NCBI GenBank assembly: GCA_037447605.1
Contig: CM074821.1
Location: forward strand, 930,001 to 994,000
Source: Zygnema circumcarinatum SAG 698-1b
Lineage: Eukaryota; Plantae; Zygnematophyceae
Reading direction: 5' to 3'
Length of the DNA: 64,000 bases
The translations under genes were made by a program, and so were the position numbers. The stretch's first letter is position 1; each line of letters opens with the position of its first letter. The notes below the pieces were generated by a model. It had not been told where the DNA came from and searched no databases. It saw nothing but the letters and a program-made list of their open reading frames with translations. Positions 63,971 through 64,000 of the stretch are shown piece after piece.

Positions 63971-64000
63971 TAAGGTTAAGCTTGTCCATTGCTCGTTTCG

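Overview
Eukaryotic, intron-rich nuclear DNA from a plant-lineage organism. The gene set (CID/ataxin-2, SKIP14-like, BODYGUARD, LPEAT2, ATM3, MS5/TDM1-like, leaf-type FNR) plus extreme GA/CT microsatellite content suggests a streptophyte alga, possibly Zygnematophyceae (inference, not proven). Most supplied ORFs are microsatellite artefacts, so genes were rebuilt by hand from GT-AG splice sites. Ten protein-coding genes are supported, one truncated at the right edge, plus one orphan candidate. The most notable items are: (1) a 7-exon secreted sedolisin (S53 peptidase) that looks bacterial-type and is a candidate domesticated horizontal transfer, lying tail-to-tail with an unknown secreted Cys-rich PAN/apple-like protein; (2) an L-lactate dehydrogenase spliced to a ~215-aa E/R/K-rich N-terminal arm; (3) a 12x70-bp telomere-like intronic minisatellite with an inverted copy that could fold the intron; (4) a small TIR element inserted in a dispersed AACCATTGG palindrome family; and (5) a recurring promoter signature of GTAC clusters. 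A 1.34-kb four-exon tandem duplication next to an N gap is probably an assembly artefact.
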